The notes: generated by a model from the letters alone, not told the origin. A DNA stretch of 64,000 nucleotides from Hadesarchaea archaeon (GCA_029259175.1 JAPDJH010000002.1:128673-192672); one strand, 5' to 3'. Numbered from the stretch's first letter, positions 19,125-29,132 are shown. Translations and numbers: made by a program.

Positions 19125-19409
19125 ATGGTAATCGTAAAGTTTTTTGCGAGCTTTAGGGAGCTTACGGGTGAGCCCAAAACGACTGTGGAAGGTGTGCGAA
19201 CGGTTGGAGAGTTGCTGGATCACTTGTCCGCAAAATATGGGCAGAAGTTTGTTCAAAGTGTTTTTGAAGATCCCGAAAGCAGGAGGCTGAGGTCCACCGT
19301 GAACATCTTGGTAAACGGGCGATCGATAGTGCTCATGGAGGGGCTAGAGACCAAGCTCTCGGATTCGGACTCGGTGGCCATCTTCCCTCCCATCTCCGGT
19401 GGCGAGTGA
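19125..19409 (+). CDS. moaD: MoaD/ThiS-family sulfur-carrier protein (beta-grasp), C-terminus ...PPISGGE
   Basis: MVIVKFFASFRELTGE...ILVNGRSIV...SDSVAIFPPISGG has the MoaD topology. A GGGGGAATGAGGGA-ATG Shine-Dalgarno-like sequence is present. One extra residue (E) follows the GG. Confidence 0.7.
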   Translation: MVIVKFFASFRELTGEPKTTVEGVRTVGELLDHLSAKYGQKFVQSVFEDPESRRLRSTVNILVNGRSIVLMEGLETKLSDSDSVAIFPPISGGE

Positions 19410-19837
19410 CGATTATGGCAGTGGGTCGTGTTCACAAAAAGGGTGAAGTGGATCTCTGCAAGCTTATGGAGGAAATAAGGCAAAACTTGGGGACTGAGGT
19501 GGGTGCCCTTGGATGTTTTGTGGGGATAGTTCGGGGCACGGCCAAAAGCGGCGAGAGGGTTGATTTGCTCCACTACGAAGCTGCTGAAGAAGCGGCGACG
19601 GTGCTCACCGAAATTGCGAAGGAGGTACAGGAGCGCTTTGGATTGGAGGAGCTTCAAATCCACCACATCATCGATGATCTAAAACCAGGTGAGGATGCGA
19701 TTTATGTCGTCGCCTGTGGAAAGCATCGGAAGGAAGTCTTCCAGGCGCTAGTTGAGGCGATGGAGCTGGTGAAGTCAAAAGCTCCTGTGTGGAAGAAAGA
19801 AATCACTCCCTCGGGTGGATACTGGGTGGAAGGATAG
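19406..19837 (+). CDS. moaE: Molybdopterin synthase catalytic subunit MoaE
   Basis: MoaE family sequence was seen (GALGCFVGIVRG..., HYEAAEE...). It begins at a GTG overlapping the moaD stop, or at an ATG 9 nt later. Confidence 0.75.
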   Translation: MTIMAVGRVHKKGEVDLCKLMEEIRQNLGTEVGALGCFVGIVRGTAKSGERVDLLHYEAAEEAATVLTEIAKEVQERFGLEELQIHHIIDDLKPGEDAIYVVACGKHRKEVFQALVEAMELVKSKAPVWKKEITPSGGYWVEG

Positions 19838-19846
19838 GGTGTTCCA

Positions 19847-20413
19847 ATGGTTCGTGCGTTCATCGCCATTCCAATCAACGAAGCCACTAGAGGTGAACTC
19901 GTAAGTGTTCAGTCAGAACTCCCCCGCACCGCAGGAAAAATGAAACTTGTCGAGCCACAAAATCTTCACCTCACGCTGAAATTTTTGGGCGAGGTTGAGG
20001 AGGAAAAAATTCCGGAGATTCACTCTGCAGTGTCTAGAACCCTCGAGGGGATGGAGGCCTTCACAATGAGAGTTGCTGGGATAGGGGCTTTTCCAAGTCC
20101 TCGCAACATCAGGGTGATCTGGGCCGGGGTGCGAGAAGGAGAAGCCCAAGTCAGGGCGGTTCAGCGCAGAATCGACGCTGCTCTGGTGGCGCTCGGTTTC
20201 TCTCCGGAGCGCAACTTCTACCCCCACGTGACCATAGCGAGAGTGAAATTTGTGCATAATCGAAGCGAACTTGCATCCTTTATCGACCTCAACCGGAACC
20301 GGGAATTCGGTGAAGTCCAAGTGACTCGAATCGAACTCATGCGGAGCACGCTCACTCCGCAAGGCCCGATCTATTCGAAGCTTGCGGAGGTCGAACTGAA
20401 ATCAACGCTCTAG
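19847..20413 (+). CDS. thpR: RNA 2',3'-cyclic phosphodiesterase (2H family, ThpR/LigT)
   Basis: Two H-x-T-x motifs were found, HLTLKF and HVTIAR. Confidence 0.8.
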   Translation: MVRAFIAIPINEATRGELVSVQSELPRTAGKMKLVEPQNLHLTLKFLGEVEEEKIPEIHSAVSRTLEGMEAFTMRVAGIGAFPSPRNIRVIWAGVREGEAQVRAVQRRIDAALVALGFSPERNFYPHVTIARVKFVHNRSELASFIDLNRNREFGEVQVTRIELMRSTLTPQGPIYSKLAEVELKSTL

Positions 20414-20423
20414 CTGTTTGCTT

Positions 20424-21194
20424 TCAAGCAGGTGATACCGCCGAAAGCTGCCGCCACGAAGCCGGAGCGTTACCCTGCCCGGTAGACGGATTGTAATAAT
20501 ACACGTCGTTGAAATATGCCCACACCTCCAGACCGGGATATTTGTGTTTGCGGAAATAACCGTACGGATAACCTGGGCTGTCATACAGCTTACCTTCTTC
20601 ATCGTCCCAGTACGGCCCAGATGTGGCTTCTAACTGAAGCCATTTGGTTCCATCCATTATTTCAACCCATGCGTGTCCGCCTATCTGTCCGCTGAAGTTC
20701 ACCTCTCCAACTACCACGCGCACATCCGTAGCGGGGATGCCCATGCTTCGGAGGATGGAGACTAGCGTATAGGCTTGGGATTCGCAGTCGCTCACGACCT
20801 TGCCCGGCACGGGATTCGTTGGGTAGTTCGGCGTTTGGGTGAGAAACTCATGGGGTGTCAGCCATTTTTCTTGCACGCCGTGTAAAGTCTGATCAGAAAC
20901 CCACACCCATTGGACGGCGACTTGGTATGCCTCCTGTGGGCTGGAAAGAGTGGATGCAATACTCTGAACGGCGGGATCAGCTGGAGTAACATATTGCTGG
21001 TAGCCGGAGAGCTGTTTGAAGTTTTCTTTTCTCAGCACCAATGGGCCTCTTCTCAGTATCCGCGGGAGGAACTTCTTTCTGATTTGTAAAATTTGTTGAT
21101 TCTCCCCTTCGAACGGCCAGATATCCCACACATAAAGGTTCACCAGGATAAGCACCACCACCAAGGAGGCTCCGGCGACTATTTGCCACTTCAT
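20424..21194 (-). CDS. Membrane-anchored transglutaminase-like cysteine protease superfamily protein
   Basis: There is an N-terminal TM helix. DCESQAY (Cys), GGHAWVE (His) and a downstream Asp fit the transglutaminase core. Confidence 0.6.
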   Translation of the reverse strand: MKWQIVAGASLVVVLILVNLYVWDIWPFEGENQQILQIRKKFLPRILRRGPLVLRKENFKQLSGYQQYVTPADPAVQSIASTLSSPQEAYQVAVQWVWVSDQTLHGVQEKWLTPHEFLTQTPNYPTNPVPGKVVSDCESQAYTLVSILRSMGIPATDVRVVVGEVNFSGQIGGHAWVEIMDGTKWLQLEATSGPYWDDEEGKLYDSPGYPYGYFRKHKYPGLEVWAYFNDVYYYNPSTGQGNAPASWRQLSAVSPA

Positions 21195-21388
21195 ACATTA
21201 CCATCCTCTTTGAGTTTTCAACCATTTTAACTGTGCTAGAGCTGTGAGGAGACCTTTCTCAACCGAAAGTGATTTACCTTGGCCCGGTAGAGTATTATCG
21301 CCCCGATGATGTCACGACATCGGCTGAGCGTACCGATGATTAGATGATGGGCGGACTGAGGGGCTCCTCAAAAACCGTTGTTCTTGAT

Positions 21389-21766
21389 TTAGATCCCATA
21401 CGTTACGGTTCGAGCCCCGTAGGCGCAGTACTTCAACTGTTTGCAGCTCCTGCACAGCCGGTAGAGTTCGTCGTACTTCCCAGCCTTCGCCAGCTGGAGC
21501 GCTTGCTCGCACGCATCCGTTCTGTACTGTTTGGCCAGTCCAAAAGCTATGAGAGTGAGCGTTTTGGATATCCCCGGGATCGTGTGTATTTTCTGCGGGA
21601 TCACCCGCACGAGCTTGTCGAAGCTATCGGTTTCCACTTTAGCCACTACGGAGTACGGTCCTGCTACAGAGTAGGCCTCGGTTACTTCTTCCACGTCCAA
21701 CAACCGTTGAAGCACATCCTCCACTTGACCGATTTCGGCAGATACCAGAACTATGGCAACAGGCAT
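21389..21766 (-). CDS. Stand-alone RAM (Lrp/AsnC C-terminal ligand-binding) domain protein with Cys-rich C-terminal tail
   Basis: The RAM domain reads VAIVLVSAEIGQVEDVLQRL...AYSVAGPYSVVAKVET. The tail C-x19-CRSC-x6-C is a possible Zn ribbon. Confidence 0.55.
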   Translation of the reverse strand: MPVAIVLVSAEIGQVEDVLQRLLDVEEVTEAYSVAGPYSVVAKVETDSFDKLVRVIPQKIHTIPGISKTLTLIAFGLAKQYRTDACEQALQLAKAGKYDELYRLCRSCKQLKYCAYGARTVTYGI

Positions 21767-21775
21767 TTGGTCCCC

Positions 21776-22006
21776 TCACTCGAACGCGAACAGCGTGAGC
21801 GTGTTGGCAATCCCCTGCAACCCGTGGATACGTTTAGTCACTACCTCCGCCACTTGTTCGAATCGCTCTGCCTGTACTTTCACCACTACATCGTAGGGTC
21901 CAGCAACCGAGTACGCTTCGGCTACTCCTTCGATCTCACGCAGTGCCTTTAGGAGTTCACCGATCCTTCCCACCTGCGCCTCGATCAGCACGTACGCAAT
22001 CGGCAT
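21776..22006 (-). CDS. Stand-alone RAM (Lrp/AsnC C-terminal) domain protein, 76 aa
   Basis: [47 protein letters not shown]. Its ATG overlaps the trpB2 TGA by 1 nt. Confidence 0.55.
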   Translation of the reverse strand: MPIAYVLIEAQVGRIGELLKALREIEGVAEAYSVAGPYDVVVKVQAERFEQVAEVVTKRIHGLQGIANTLTLFAFE

Positions 22007-23376
22007 CAGCTCCCACCTCCTGACTTCGGAAGCCGTTTTAGGGCCTCCTCGATCATTTTCTCTGGGAGTTCGTAGTCTATTAGTTTTTTCCTCAGAAAAG
22101 CATCCCACGCAGCTAGGTCAAGCAGTCCGTGACCGCTATTGTTGAACAGGATAACCTTTTCCTCCCCTGTTTGCTTGCACCTCAGTGCCTCGTCTACCAC
22201 TGCCTTGATCGCGTGAGCCGTTTCCGGCGCGACAACAAAACCTTCTGCGCGCGCGAAGAGCCTGGCTGCTTCGAACACTTCGTTCTGGTGATACGCAACT
22301 GCCTCCATGTAACCCTCTTTCGTGAGCTTGCACAGGAGTGGCGCGTCACCGTGATAGCGCAGCCCTCCGGCGTGGATGGGCGGCGGAACAAAGGTGTGTC
22401 CCAGCGTGTACATCTTCAGGAGAGGAGTCAATCCTGCTGCGTCTCCGTGGTCGTATGTATAAGGGCCGCGAGTCAGGGTGGGACACGCTTTCGGTTCGCA
22501 CGAGACAGCCCGGAGTTCTGGCCTTTTTCCCGTGAGCTTGTCAGCCAGAAATGGAAAGCACAGACCTGCGAAGTTGCTTCCCCCTCCCACGCAACCGAAG
22601 ATTACATCAGGGTACTCGTCCACCTGTTCCAGCTGTTTTTTGGCCTCCAGCCCCACGACCGTCTGATGCAGCAGCACATGGTTCAGCACGCTTCCAAGCG
22701 AGTACTTCGTGTCCTCATGTGTCGCTGCATCCTCGATGGCTTCCGAAATCGCAATCCCCAGACTGCCCGGACAGTTGGGATCCTCTTGCAACACTCGGCG
22801 TCCGTAGTTGGTGCGATCACTCGGACTCGGCAGGCATTCCGCTCCCCACGTTTCCATCAAGATTCGGCGGTAGGGCTTCTGCTCGTAGCTGACTTTGACC
22901 ATGTACACGGTGCACTTCAGGTCAAACAGCATGGTCGCGAACGCCAGCGAACTGCCCCACTGTCCTGCACCCGTTTCCGTGGTGAGCCGCTGCACCCCCT
23001 CCCGCATGTTGTAGTATGCTTGGGCAACAGCAGTATTTGGCTTGTGACTTCCAGGCGGACTCACTCCCTCCCACTTGAAATAGATCCGCGCAGGGGTTTT
23101 GAGAGCGCGCTCTAGGCGCACGGCACGGTAGAGAGGAGTAGGCCTCCACAATCGATAAACCTCTCTCACTTCTTCTGGGATGGGGATCCAGCGCTCTTGG
23201 CTGACTTCCTGCTTGATGAGCTCCATCGGAAAAATCGGAGCAAGCGCGTCCGGGCCTATAGGTTCTCCCGTTTGGGGATTGAGCGGGGGGTCAAGTGGGC
23301 TCGGAAGATCCGCTTGGATGTTGTACCAAGCCTTGGGGATTTCATCCTCCGGCAAGAGGATTTTTGTTTGCTCCAT
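22006..23376 (-). CDS. trpB2: Tryptophan synthase beta chain, TrpB2 type
   Basis: [25 protein letters not shown]... is the TrpB2 N-terminal extension. The PLP lysine region is HKPNTA. The track ORF start at 23646 is probably spurious. Confidence 0.85.
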   Translation of the reverse strand: MEQTKILLPEDEIPKAWYNIQADLPSPLDPPLNPQTGEPIGPDALAPIFPMELIKQEVSQERWIPIPEEVREVYRLWRPTPLYRAVRLERALKTPARIYFKWEGVSPPGSHKPNTAVAQAYYNMREGVQRLTTETGAGQWGSSLAFATMLFDLKCTVYMVKVSYEQKPYRRILMETWGAECLPSPSDRTNYGRRVLQEDPNCPGSLGIAISEAIEDAATHEDTKYSLGSVLNHVLLHQTVVGLEAKKQLEQVDEYPDVIFGCVGGGSNFAGLCFPFLADKLTGKRPELRAVSCEPKACPTLTRGPYTYDHGDAAGLTPLLKMYTLGHTFVPPPIHAGGLRYHGDAPLLCKLTKEGYMEAVAYHQNEVFEAARLFARAEGFVVAPETAHAIKAVVDEALRCKQTGEEKVILFNNSGHGLLDLAAWDAFLRKKLIDYELPEKMIEEALKRLPKSGGGS

Positions 23377-23439
23377 CTGCCCACTCCTTTCTACCAGTCT
23401 ATATAAGGTTTTGCGAAAAATGTCCATCAGTGAACAAGA

Positions 23440-24066
23440 ATGCTGAATGCGCTCGTGCAGCTCCCCATCGGGTTCGTGGTGGCTCTTTCCGGCGCACTCA
23501 TCCCGGGCCCGCTTTTCACTTATATTGTAGCCAAGTCGCCTAGAGAGGGAGGGCTGGTGGGAGCTCGCGCGGTCGTTGGTCATGCTCTGGTTGAGGCCGT
23601 CATTCTCGTGCTCATCCTGGTCGGAGTCGGAACGATTCTCCAGCATGCGTTCATCCAGCGAGCAATTGGAATAATCGGCGGTGTTCTGCTTGTAGTACTC
23701 GGCGCGCTCAGCATCGCGCGGATGAGTTTTCAGTCAAGCACTCGCGGAATTTTTGTGAGCTATCATCCAATCGTAGGTGGAGCCATGTACAGCAGCGTGC
23801 TGAACCCTACAGTACCGTTGTGGTGGGCCACCATTGGGCTGGCGATGCTCGTGGAGGCCTACGCGGTAGGTGCAGCGCTCGGGGTGGTGTGCTGGCTCGT
23901 TGGCCACTACTTGGCGGATTTCGGCTGGTTCTCGCTAGTCTCCTTTTCGGCTGCCAAAGGAGGACGCGTGCTGAGCGAGCGCGGATATCGTCGACTCCTT
24001 TTAGGATGTGCTGTTTTTCTCATGGTTTTTGGTTTCTACCTGTTTGTCAAATATGCGTGGCTTTAA
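23440..24066 (+). CDS. LysE/RhtB-family amino-acid exporter
   Basis: There are six predicted TM helices, and the N-terminal motif is [12 protein letters not shown]. Confidence 0.7.
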   Translation: MLNALVQLPIGFVVALSGALIPGPLFTYIVAKSPREGGLVGARAVVGHALVEAVILVLILVGVGTILQHAFIQRAIGIIGGVLLVVLGALSIARMSFQSSTRGIFVSYHPIVGGAMYSSVLNPTVPLWWATIGLAMLVEAYAVGAALGVVCWLVGHYLADFGWFSLVSFSAAKGGRVLSERGYRRLLLGCAVFLMVFGFYLFVKYAWL

Positions 24067-24675
24067 AGAAGTGAGAAACTCGTAAGTCGCGGTGCCCATT
24101 CCCTCTGCCAGAACGCGGGCGATGTCGCTTGGTTCGTCCAAGTCGAACTCGACGTGTGGCGATCGGTATACCTTGAGATCGACACCAGCCCGCAGTGCTT
24201 TTTCACAGTGGACTGGAAAGCTTTCTCCTCCAAAACACAACGGGATGACGTCTGCGGGTCTGAGTAGAAGCGCATTTGTTCCGCTGGTTTTCGATGGCGC
24301 GATCACCACAGAGCGCGTGGTCGAGAGCTGAATGATGTGTTCAACATCAGGGCTCCGAAGCAAGGGGAGATCAGCTGGTATTATGAGCACGCTGGAAGGC
24401 TTCAACTGTTCGATTCCCCACCGCAAAGCGTCGTTCAGTTCTAGGCCCGGCTCGCGCAATCCTTTCGCCCCCATCGAGCGAGCGTGTTTCAGAACCGCCA
24501 GATCTGCAGACACCACATAGGGCTCCGCCAGCTCGCATCCGCACACAGCTCTTAGAACGTCGGTGAGCATTGCGAGCGTGAGCCCCTTCCGCTCTGTTGG
24601 GGAGAGCACGGAAGAGAACGAGGATTTCGCCAAGTTCAATGGCTTCACGGGGATAAGGACCGGCACCGTGCTCAT
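24001..24675 (-). CDS. cofC: 2-phospho-L-lactate guanylyltransferase (CofC, F420 biosynthesis)
   Basis: The N-terminus VPVLIPVKPLNLAKSSFSSVLS is the CofC/MobA-like fold signature. It is adjacent to cofG and cofH. Confidence 0.65.
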   Translation of the reverse strand: MSTVPVLIPVKPLNLAKSSFSSVLSPTERKGLTLAMLTDVLRAVCGCELAEPYVVSADLAVLKHARSMGAKGLREPGLELNDALRWGIEQLKPSSVLIIPADLPLLRSPDVEHIIQLSTTRSVVIAPSKTSGTNALLLRPADVIPLCFGGESFPVHCEKALRAGVDLKVYRSPHVEFDLDEPSDIARVLAEGMGTATYEFLTSLKPRIFDKQVETKNHEKNSTS

Positions 24676-24744
24676 GAAATCCTAATGAGTATTGCACGTT
24701 AACCTCTTTTGAATGTGTGTGGAATAAGTGGTTGAGGCCGCAAG

Positions 24745-25758
24745 ATGAGGCACGAAGATATCGTTACTTATTCCCGCAACGTTTTCCTCCCCGTCAGCAA
24801 CATCTGCCGAAACCGCTGCGCCTACTGTGGCTTCCGCGGTCGGCCGAACAATGGCGGCTGGCTGCTCACCACGTCAGAAGTGTTGAGCATGGCATGGGTC
24901 GGCAAATTGTGCGGCTGTACCGAGGCTCTGATAACCACCGGGGAGAGACCTGATTTCTTCTTATCGGTTAAGGAAAGGCTGCGCGAGTGGGGCTTCCGAG
25001 ACTTCACTCACTACGTTGAGCACCTCTGCAAATCACTTCTGAGGCTGGACATGCTTCCTCATGTGAATCTTGGAGTCCTAAGCAAGCACGAGCTGCGCAG
25101 ACTGAAGCGTTGGTGCGCCAGCATGGGGCTCATGCTCGAGTGCGCCACTCCCTTGCCAGCACATGCACATAGTCCTGGAAAGACTCCTGCGTTCAGGCTG
25201 GCAACAATCGAGGCGGCTGGAGAACTGAGGATTCCTTTCACCACCGGGATTCTTGTGGGTGTTGGCGAATCTGAAAGAGATCGCATGTTCTCCCTGCATC
25301 TCATCAGAGAACTCCACGACCGATATGGGCATATCCAAGAGGTGATAGTCCAGCCATTTGAGCCAAAACCAAATACGCCAATGCATGCCTGGAAACCACC
25401 TGCTTGGCGGACCGTGCTCCGAACCGTGCGGGCAGCGGCACGCATTTTGCCGGAAGTTCCCATCCAGTTCCCGCCTAATCTATTGCATCTCTACGGATTC
25501 TTCGAGAGACGGGTGAGAGAACTCCTGCGTGCAGGGGTGCGCGACTTCGGCGGAATTTCTCCTATTACTCCTGATTTTGTGAATCCCAGAGCCCCGTGGC
25601 CGAGCGCGGAGCAGCTCCGTGCCGCTATCCTGCGCGCGGGGTTCCAGCCACGTGAGAGACTTCCAGTTTATCCCTGTTACGTGGAGCGGCGGTGGATGTC
25701 CGCGGAGGTGAAGCGTATTGTGGACCGAATATCAGACGAGGCTGGATATCGAAACTAG
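24745..25758 (+). CDS. cofG: FO synthase subunit 1 (CofG, radical SAM)
   Basis: The radical-SAM motif is CRNRCAYCGF, a typical CofG variant. Confidence 0.85.
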   Translation: MRHEDIVTYSRNVFLPVSNICRNRCAYCGFRGRPNNGGWLLTTSEVLSMAWVGKLCGCTEALITTGERPDFFLSVKERLREWGFRDFTHYVEHLCKSLLRLDMLPHVNLGVLSKHELRRLKRWCASMGLMLECATPLPAHAHSPGKTPAFRLATIEAAGELRIPFTTGILVGVGESERDRMFSLHLIRELHDRYGHIQEVIVQPFEPKPNTPMHAWKPPAWRTVLRTVRAAARILPEVPIQFPPNLLHLYGFFERRVRELLRAGVRDFGGISPITPDFVNPRAPWPSAEQLRAAILRAGFQPRERLPVYPCYVERRWMSAEVKRIVDRISDEAGYRN

Positions 25759-26839
25759 CGAGCTTCGCGCATTGCTTTCGGCGGCGCTCGCCGGTGATGA
25801 GCTTGAAGTCCAAGACATCACACGTCTGCTCTCGGTCCGAGGATCGGACGTCTCCATCGTCATCCGCGCGGCTGACGAGCTACGCGAGCGACTCGTGGGA
25901 AACATTGTGACTTATGTTAAAAACCGCAATCTGAATTTCACCAATATCTGTACAGGTTCTTGCCGCTTCTGTGCCTTCAGAAGGTCTCTAGATGCTCCCG
26001 ATGCATATGTGTTGAGTGAGGCCCAGATTCGAACCAAGGTGCGTGAGGCCAGAGACGTGGGTGCCACCGAGGTTTGCGTTCAAGGAGGTCTCCATCCCGA
26101 CTTTGGCCTCCAAGACTACATCAAATTGCTACACATCATCCGCGAAGTCGCCCCTCAAATTCACATTCACGCCTTCTCCCCCGCCGAAATCGATCACATC
26201 TGCAAGCAGGAGGGGATGGAGGTGTCCGAAGTCTTAACAGAGCTACGCAACGCGGGTTTGGACTCGATGCCCGGAACCGCTGCCGAGATCCTTGTAGATC
26301 GTGTGCGCGCGCTCATTTGTCCCGAAAAAATATCGGCTAAGCGGTGGATCGAGATCATCCGCACCGCACACGAGCTGGGAATTCCCACCACCGCCACCGT
26401 TCTGTACGGGACTGTCGAGCGTCCTCCAGAACTCGCGCAACATCTCCAAATCATCAGGCGAATCCAACGGGACACTGGTGGTTTCACCGAGTTCGTTCCA
26501 CTTGCCTTTATTCCATTTCGAACTCATCTTTTTGCTACAGGCATCCATCATCCCCCTTCTCTGTCCTACAGCTTACTGGTTCACGCCGTCGCAAGATTGG
26601 TTTTTGCTGAGCTGATCCCGAACATCCAAGCTTCTTGGGTCAAGCTAGGTCCAGATGGGGCATCGCTCATGCTGCGCGCGGGAGCAAACGATCTCGGCGG
26701 CACTCTGATGGAAGAACATATCACGCGCGCAACCGGCGGAACTCGCACGAGCATGAGCGAGTCCCAACTCCGGCACCTGATCGTGCGTTCAGGACGTATT
26801 CCAAAGCAACGAACGACTCTTTACGGGATTCTGGACTAG
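25718..26839 (+). CDS. cofH: FO synthase subunit 2 (CofH, radical SAM)
   Basis: The radical-SAM motif is CTGSCRFCAF. Confidence 0.85.
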   Translation: MWTEYQTRLDIETSELRALLSAALAGDELEVQDITRLLSVRGSDVSIVIRAADELRERLVGNIVTYVKNRNLNFTNICTGSCRFCAFRRSLDAPDAYVLSEAQIRTKVREARDVGATEVCVQGGLHPDFGLQDYIKLLHIIREVAPQIHIHAFSPAEIDHICKQEGMEVSEVLTELRNAGLDSMPGTAAEILVDRVRALICPEKISAKRWIEIIRTAHELGIPTTATVLYGTVERPPELAQHLQIIRRIQRDTGGFTEFVPLAFIPFRTHLFATGIHHPPSLSYSLLVHAVARLVFAELIPNIQASWVKLGPDGASLMLRAGANDLGGTLMEEHITRATGGTRTSMSESQLRHLIVRSGRIPKQRTTLYGILD

Positions 26840-28164
26840 AGAACTGGTAACAGCTTTTCGATCTCCCAGTCGCTCACGTGCGCCGAGAACTCCTGCCATT
26901 CGCGCCCCTTGATGTATAGGAAGTGGTTGAAGAGATGATCTCCCAGGGCCTCCCGCATCAAGCGGCTGCGCTTCATCTCTCTCAACGCCTCACCCAGTGT
27001 TCCGGGCAGCGACCCGATCTTGAGCGCCTCTCTCTCCTCCGGGCTCATCCTGAAGATGTCTCGTTCGATGGGCTCCGGCGGATCAATCCGCTCTTCAATA
27101 CCTTTGAGTCCGGCCGCCAGCATAACCGCAAACTGGAGATAGGGATTGCCAGCGGGGTCGGGATTGCGCAGCTCTATTCTCGTCCGCTGTCCTCTACCCG
27201 CCGGCACCCGGATGTAAGCGCTGCGGTTGAGATTGGCCCACGAGATGTACACGGGGGCTTCGTATCCTGGAACCAAGCGCTTGTAGGAGTTGACCGAAGA
27301 TGCGAGCACAGCACAGATCTCACGCGCGTAGTGGATAAGCCCCCCAATGAAATAGAGCGCCTCTTTGCTGAGCTTGTACGGCCCGCGTGCGTCATAGAAC
27401 ACGTTTTTTCCCTGCTGGGTCATCAGGGACTGGTGCGTGTGCATTCCGCTTCCGTTCACACCGTAGATTGGCTTCGGCATGAAGGTCGCATACCATCCGT
27501 GTTGATCCGCTATGGTCTTAGTAGTATACTTCATCAGGGTCACACGATCGGCGGATGTGAGCGCATCGGCGTATTTCAGGTCTATCTCGTGCTGGCCTGG
27601 GGCCACTTCGTGGTGTGAAGCCTCGACCTCCAGGCCCATTGTGTTGAGGTAGTTGACGATCTGGTTTCTAATCGCCTCCCCTCTATCCCGCATGAGATCG
27701 AAGTAGTTCCCATAGTCGGTCGGTTTGGTGGTTGGATTCCCTTCCGCGTCCCGCATCAGCAGAAAGAACTCGTACTCGGGAGCAGTGTAGAAGACCCACC
27801 CGTGCTCTTTTGCCTTATCCATCATGCGCTCAAGCGCCCAGCGCGGGTCACCTTCGAATCTGTTGCCGTTGTGGTCGTACACCTCACACGCCAAGCGCGC
27901 CGTTTTCAGCTCACCCTCGGTCCACGGCAGAATCACAAAGGACTCGGGAACGGGTCTGAGCCTCATATCAGACTCCTCAATGGTTGCGTAACCCATTATG
28001 GAAGAACCATCGAAGAATATCCCTTCGTCCAAAGCCTTTGAAAACTGAGAGATTGGGATGGTTACACTCTTCACAGCCCCGAGGATGTCTGTGAACTGCA
28101 GCTGAACGAACTTGACGCCCTCCCGCTTTGCCAGTTGCAACACGTCTGTTTTGGTTCTTGTCAT
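26836..28164 (-). CDS. glnA: Glutamine synthetase type I
   Basis: The full-length GS shows strong family similarity (KFVQLQFTDILGAVK...). Confidence 0.9.
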   Translation of the reverse strand: MTRTKTDVLQLAKREGVKFVQLQFTDILGAVKSVTIPISQFSKALDEGIFFDGSSIMGYATIEESDMRLRPVPESFVILPWTEGELKTARLACEVYDHNGNRFEGDPRWALERMMDKAKEHGWVFYTAPEYEFFLLMRDAEGNPTTKPTDYGNYFDLMRDRGEAIRNQIVNYLNTMGLEVEASHHEVAPGQHEIDLKYADALTSADRVTLMKYTTKTIADQHGWYATFMPKPIYGVNGSGMHTHQSLMTQQGKNVFYDARGPYKLSKEALYFIGGLIHYAREICAVLASSVNSYKRLVPGYEAPVYISWANLNRSAYIRVPAGRGQRTRIELRNPDPAGNPYLQFAVMLAAGLKGIEERIDPPEPIERDIFRMSPEEREALKIGSLPGTLGEALREMKRSRLMREALGDHLFNHFLYIKGREWQEFSAHVSDWEIEKLLPVL

Positions 28165-28259
28165 CTATCTCTCATTTCCCGAGCAAGATTTAAGCGTTAG
28201 GATTTGCCAAACCCTTTTGTTCCCAAAAACCATTAAACGTTGTTCAACATTTAAGTTGA

Positions 28260-29132
28260 GTGATGCACAGCGACAGAAATGCTATAGTTTTAACTTCCGG
28301 TGGTGCAGACAGCATTCCTCTGCTCTACCACGTAGCGAAGAAAATCCGGCCCAGACACGTTATCGCCATCCACGCCGACTACGGTCAGCGGATGGCCGAA
28401 CTCGAGCGTCTCGGCGTTGAAAAGACTGTCGAGCTTTTGTCCAGTAAGGGATATCCAGTCGAGCTGAAAACGGTGAACATCCGGTGGCTCGGAGAGCTTT
28501 CCACCTCCAAGCTTGTTCGGGACGAACCACTGCCCGAAACACCCGTCAATGCCCTTCAAGATCCTGAGGCCGCTTCCAAGCGCATCCTGTGGTGGTGGGA
28601 TGTGGTCCGAAATCTCCAACTGGTCACCATAGGTCTGGCATTCGCGGAGAGTATCGATTTATCGTCCTATCTGCGCACGGGAAGGCGCAACATCTACGAT
28701 GTGTACATTGGGATAAGGCGGGAAACCCCAGTACCCATGAAAGACAACACTCCTGAGTTTGTTGAGCTGATGAATCGTGTTGCAGATCAAGCGACCCATT
28801 TTGGCGGGTACCGAGTTCTAGCTCCGTTCATAACCAAAGACAAAGACGCGGTTATCAAATATGGTGAGGAGCTCGGAGTGCGATGGGAGTTCACGTTCTC
28901 TTGTTATACCAACGTGCGGGTGTGGGAGCGTCACCCTCGGGCCAATATCGAACTACCATTGCACTGCGGATGGTGCTCTAACTGCCGGAGACGAGCTAAA
29001 GCCTTCGTGGATGCTGGTGTGCCGGATCCCACTCTCTATCAGACGCCACCCCTACGGAACACAGAATATGCTCAAATCGGCAAGGCCTACATCCAGCGCG
29101 TTTTCCTCTCAGCCCAGAACCCAGATCAATAG
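28260..29132 (+). CDS. queC: 7-cyano-7-deazaguanine synthase QueC (long form)
   Basis: The PP-loop is LTSGGADS. The C-terminal Zn site is HCGWCSNCRRR. Confidence 0.75.
   Translation: MMHSDRNAIVLTSGGADSIPLLYHVAKKIRPRHVIAIHADYGQRMAELERLGVEKTVELLSSKGYPVELKTVNIRWLGELSTSKLVRDEPLPETPVNALQDPEAASKRILWWWDVVRNLQLVTIGLAFAESIDLSSYLRTGRRNIYDVYIGIRRETPVPMKDNTPEFVELMNRVADQATHFGGYRVLAPFITKDKDAVIKYGEELGVRWEFTFSCYTNVRVWERHPRANIELPLHCGWCSNCRRRAKAFVDAGVPDPTLYQTPPLRNTEYAQIGKAYIQRVFLSAQNPDQ

Noticed and set aside
22006-23646. 546-aa version of trpB2
   Set aside because: The first 90 aa are Ser/Asp/His-rich with no homology. TrpB2 proteins begin near [14 protein letters not shown] (23376).
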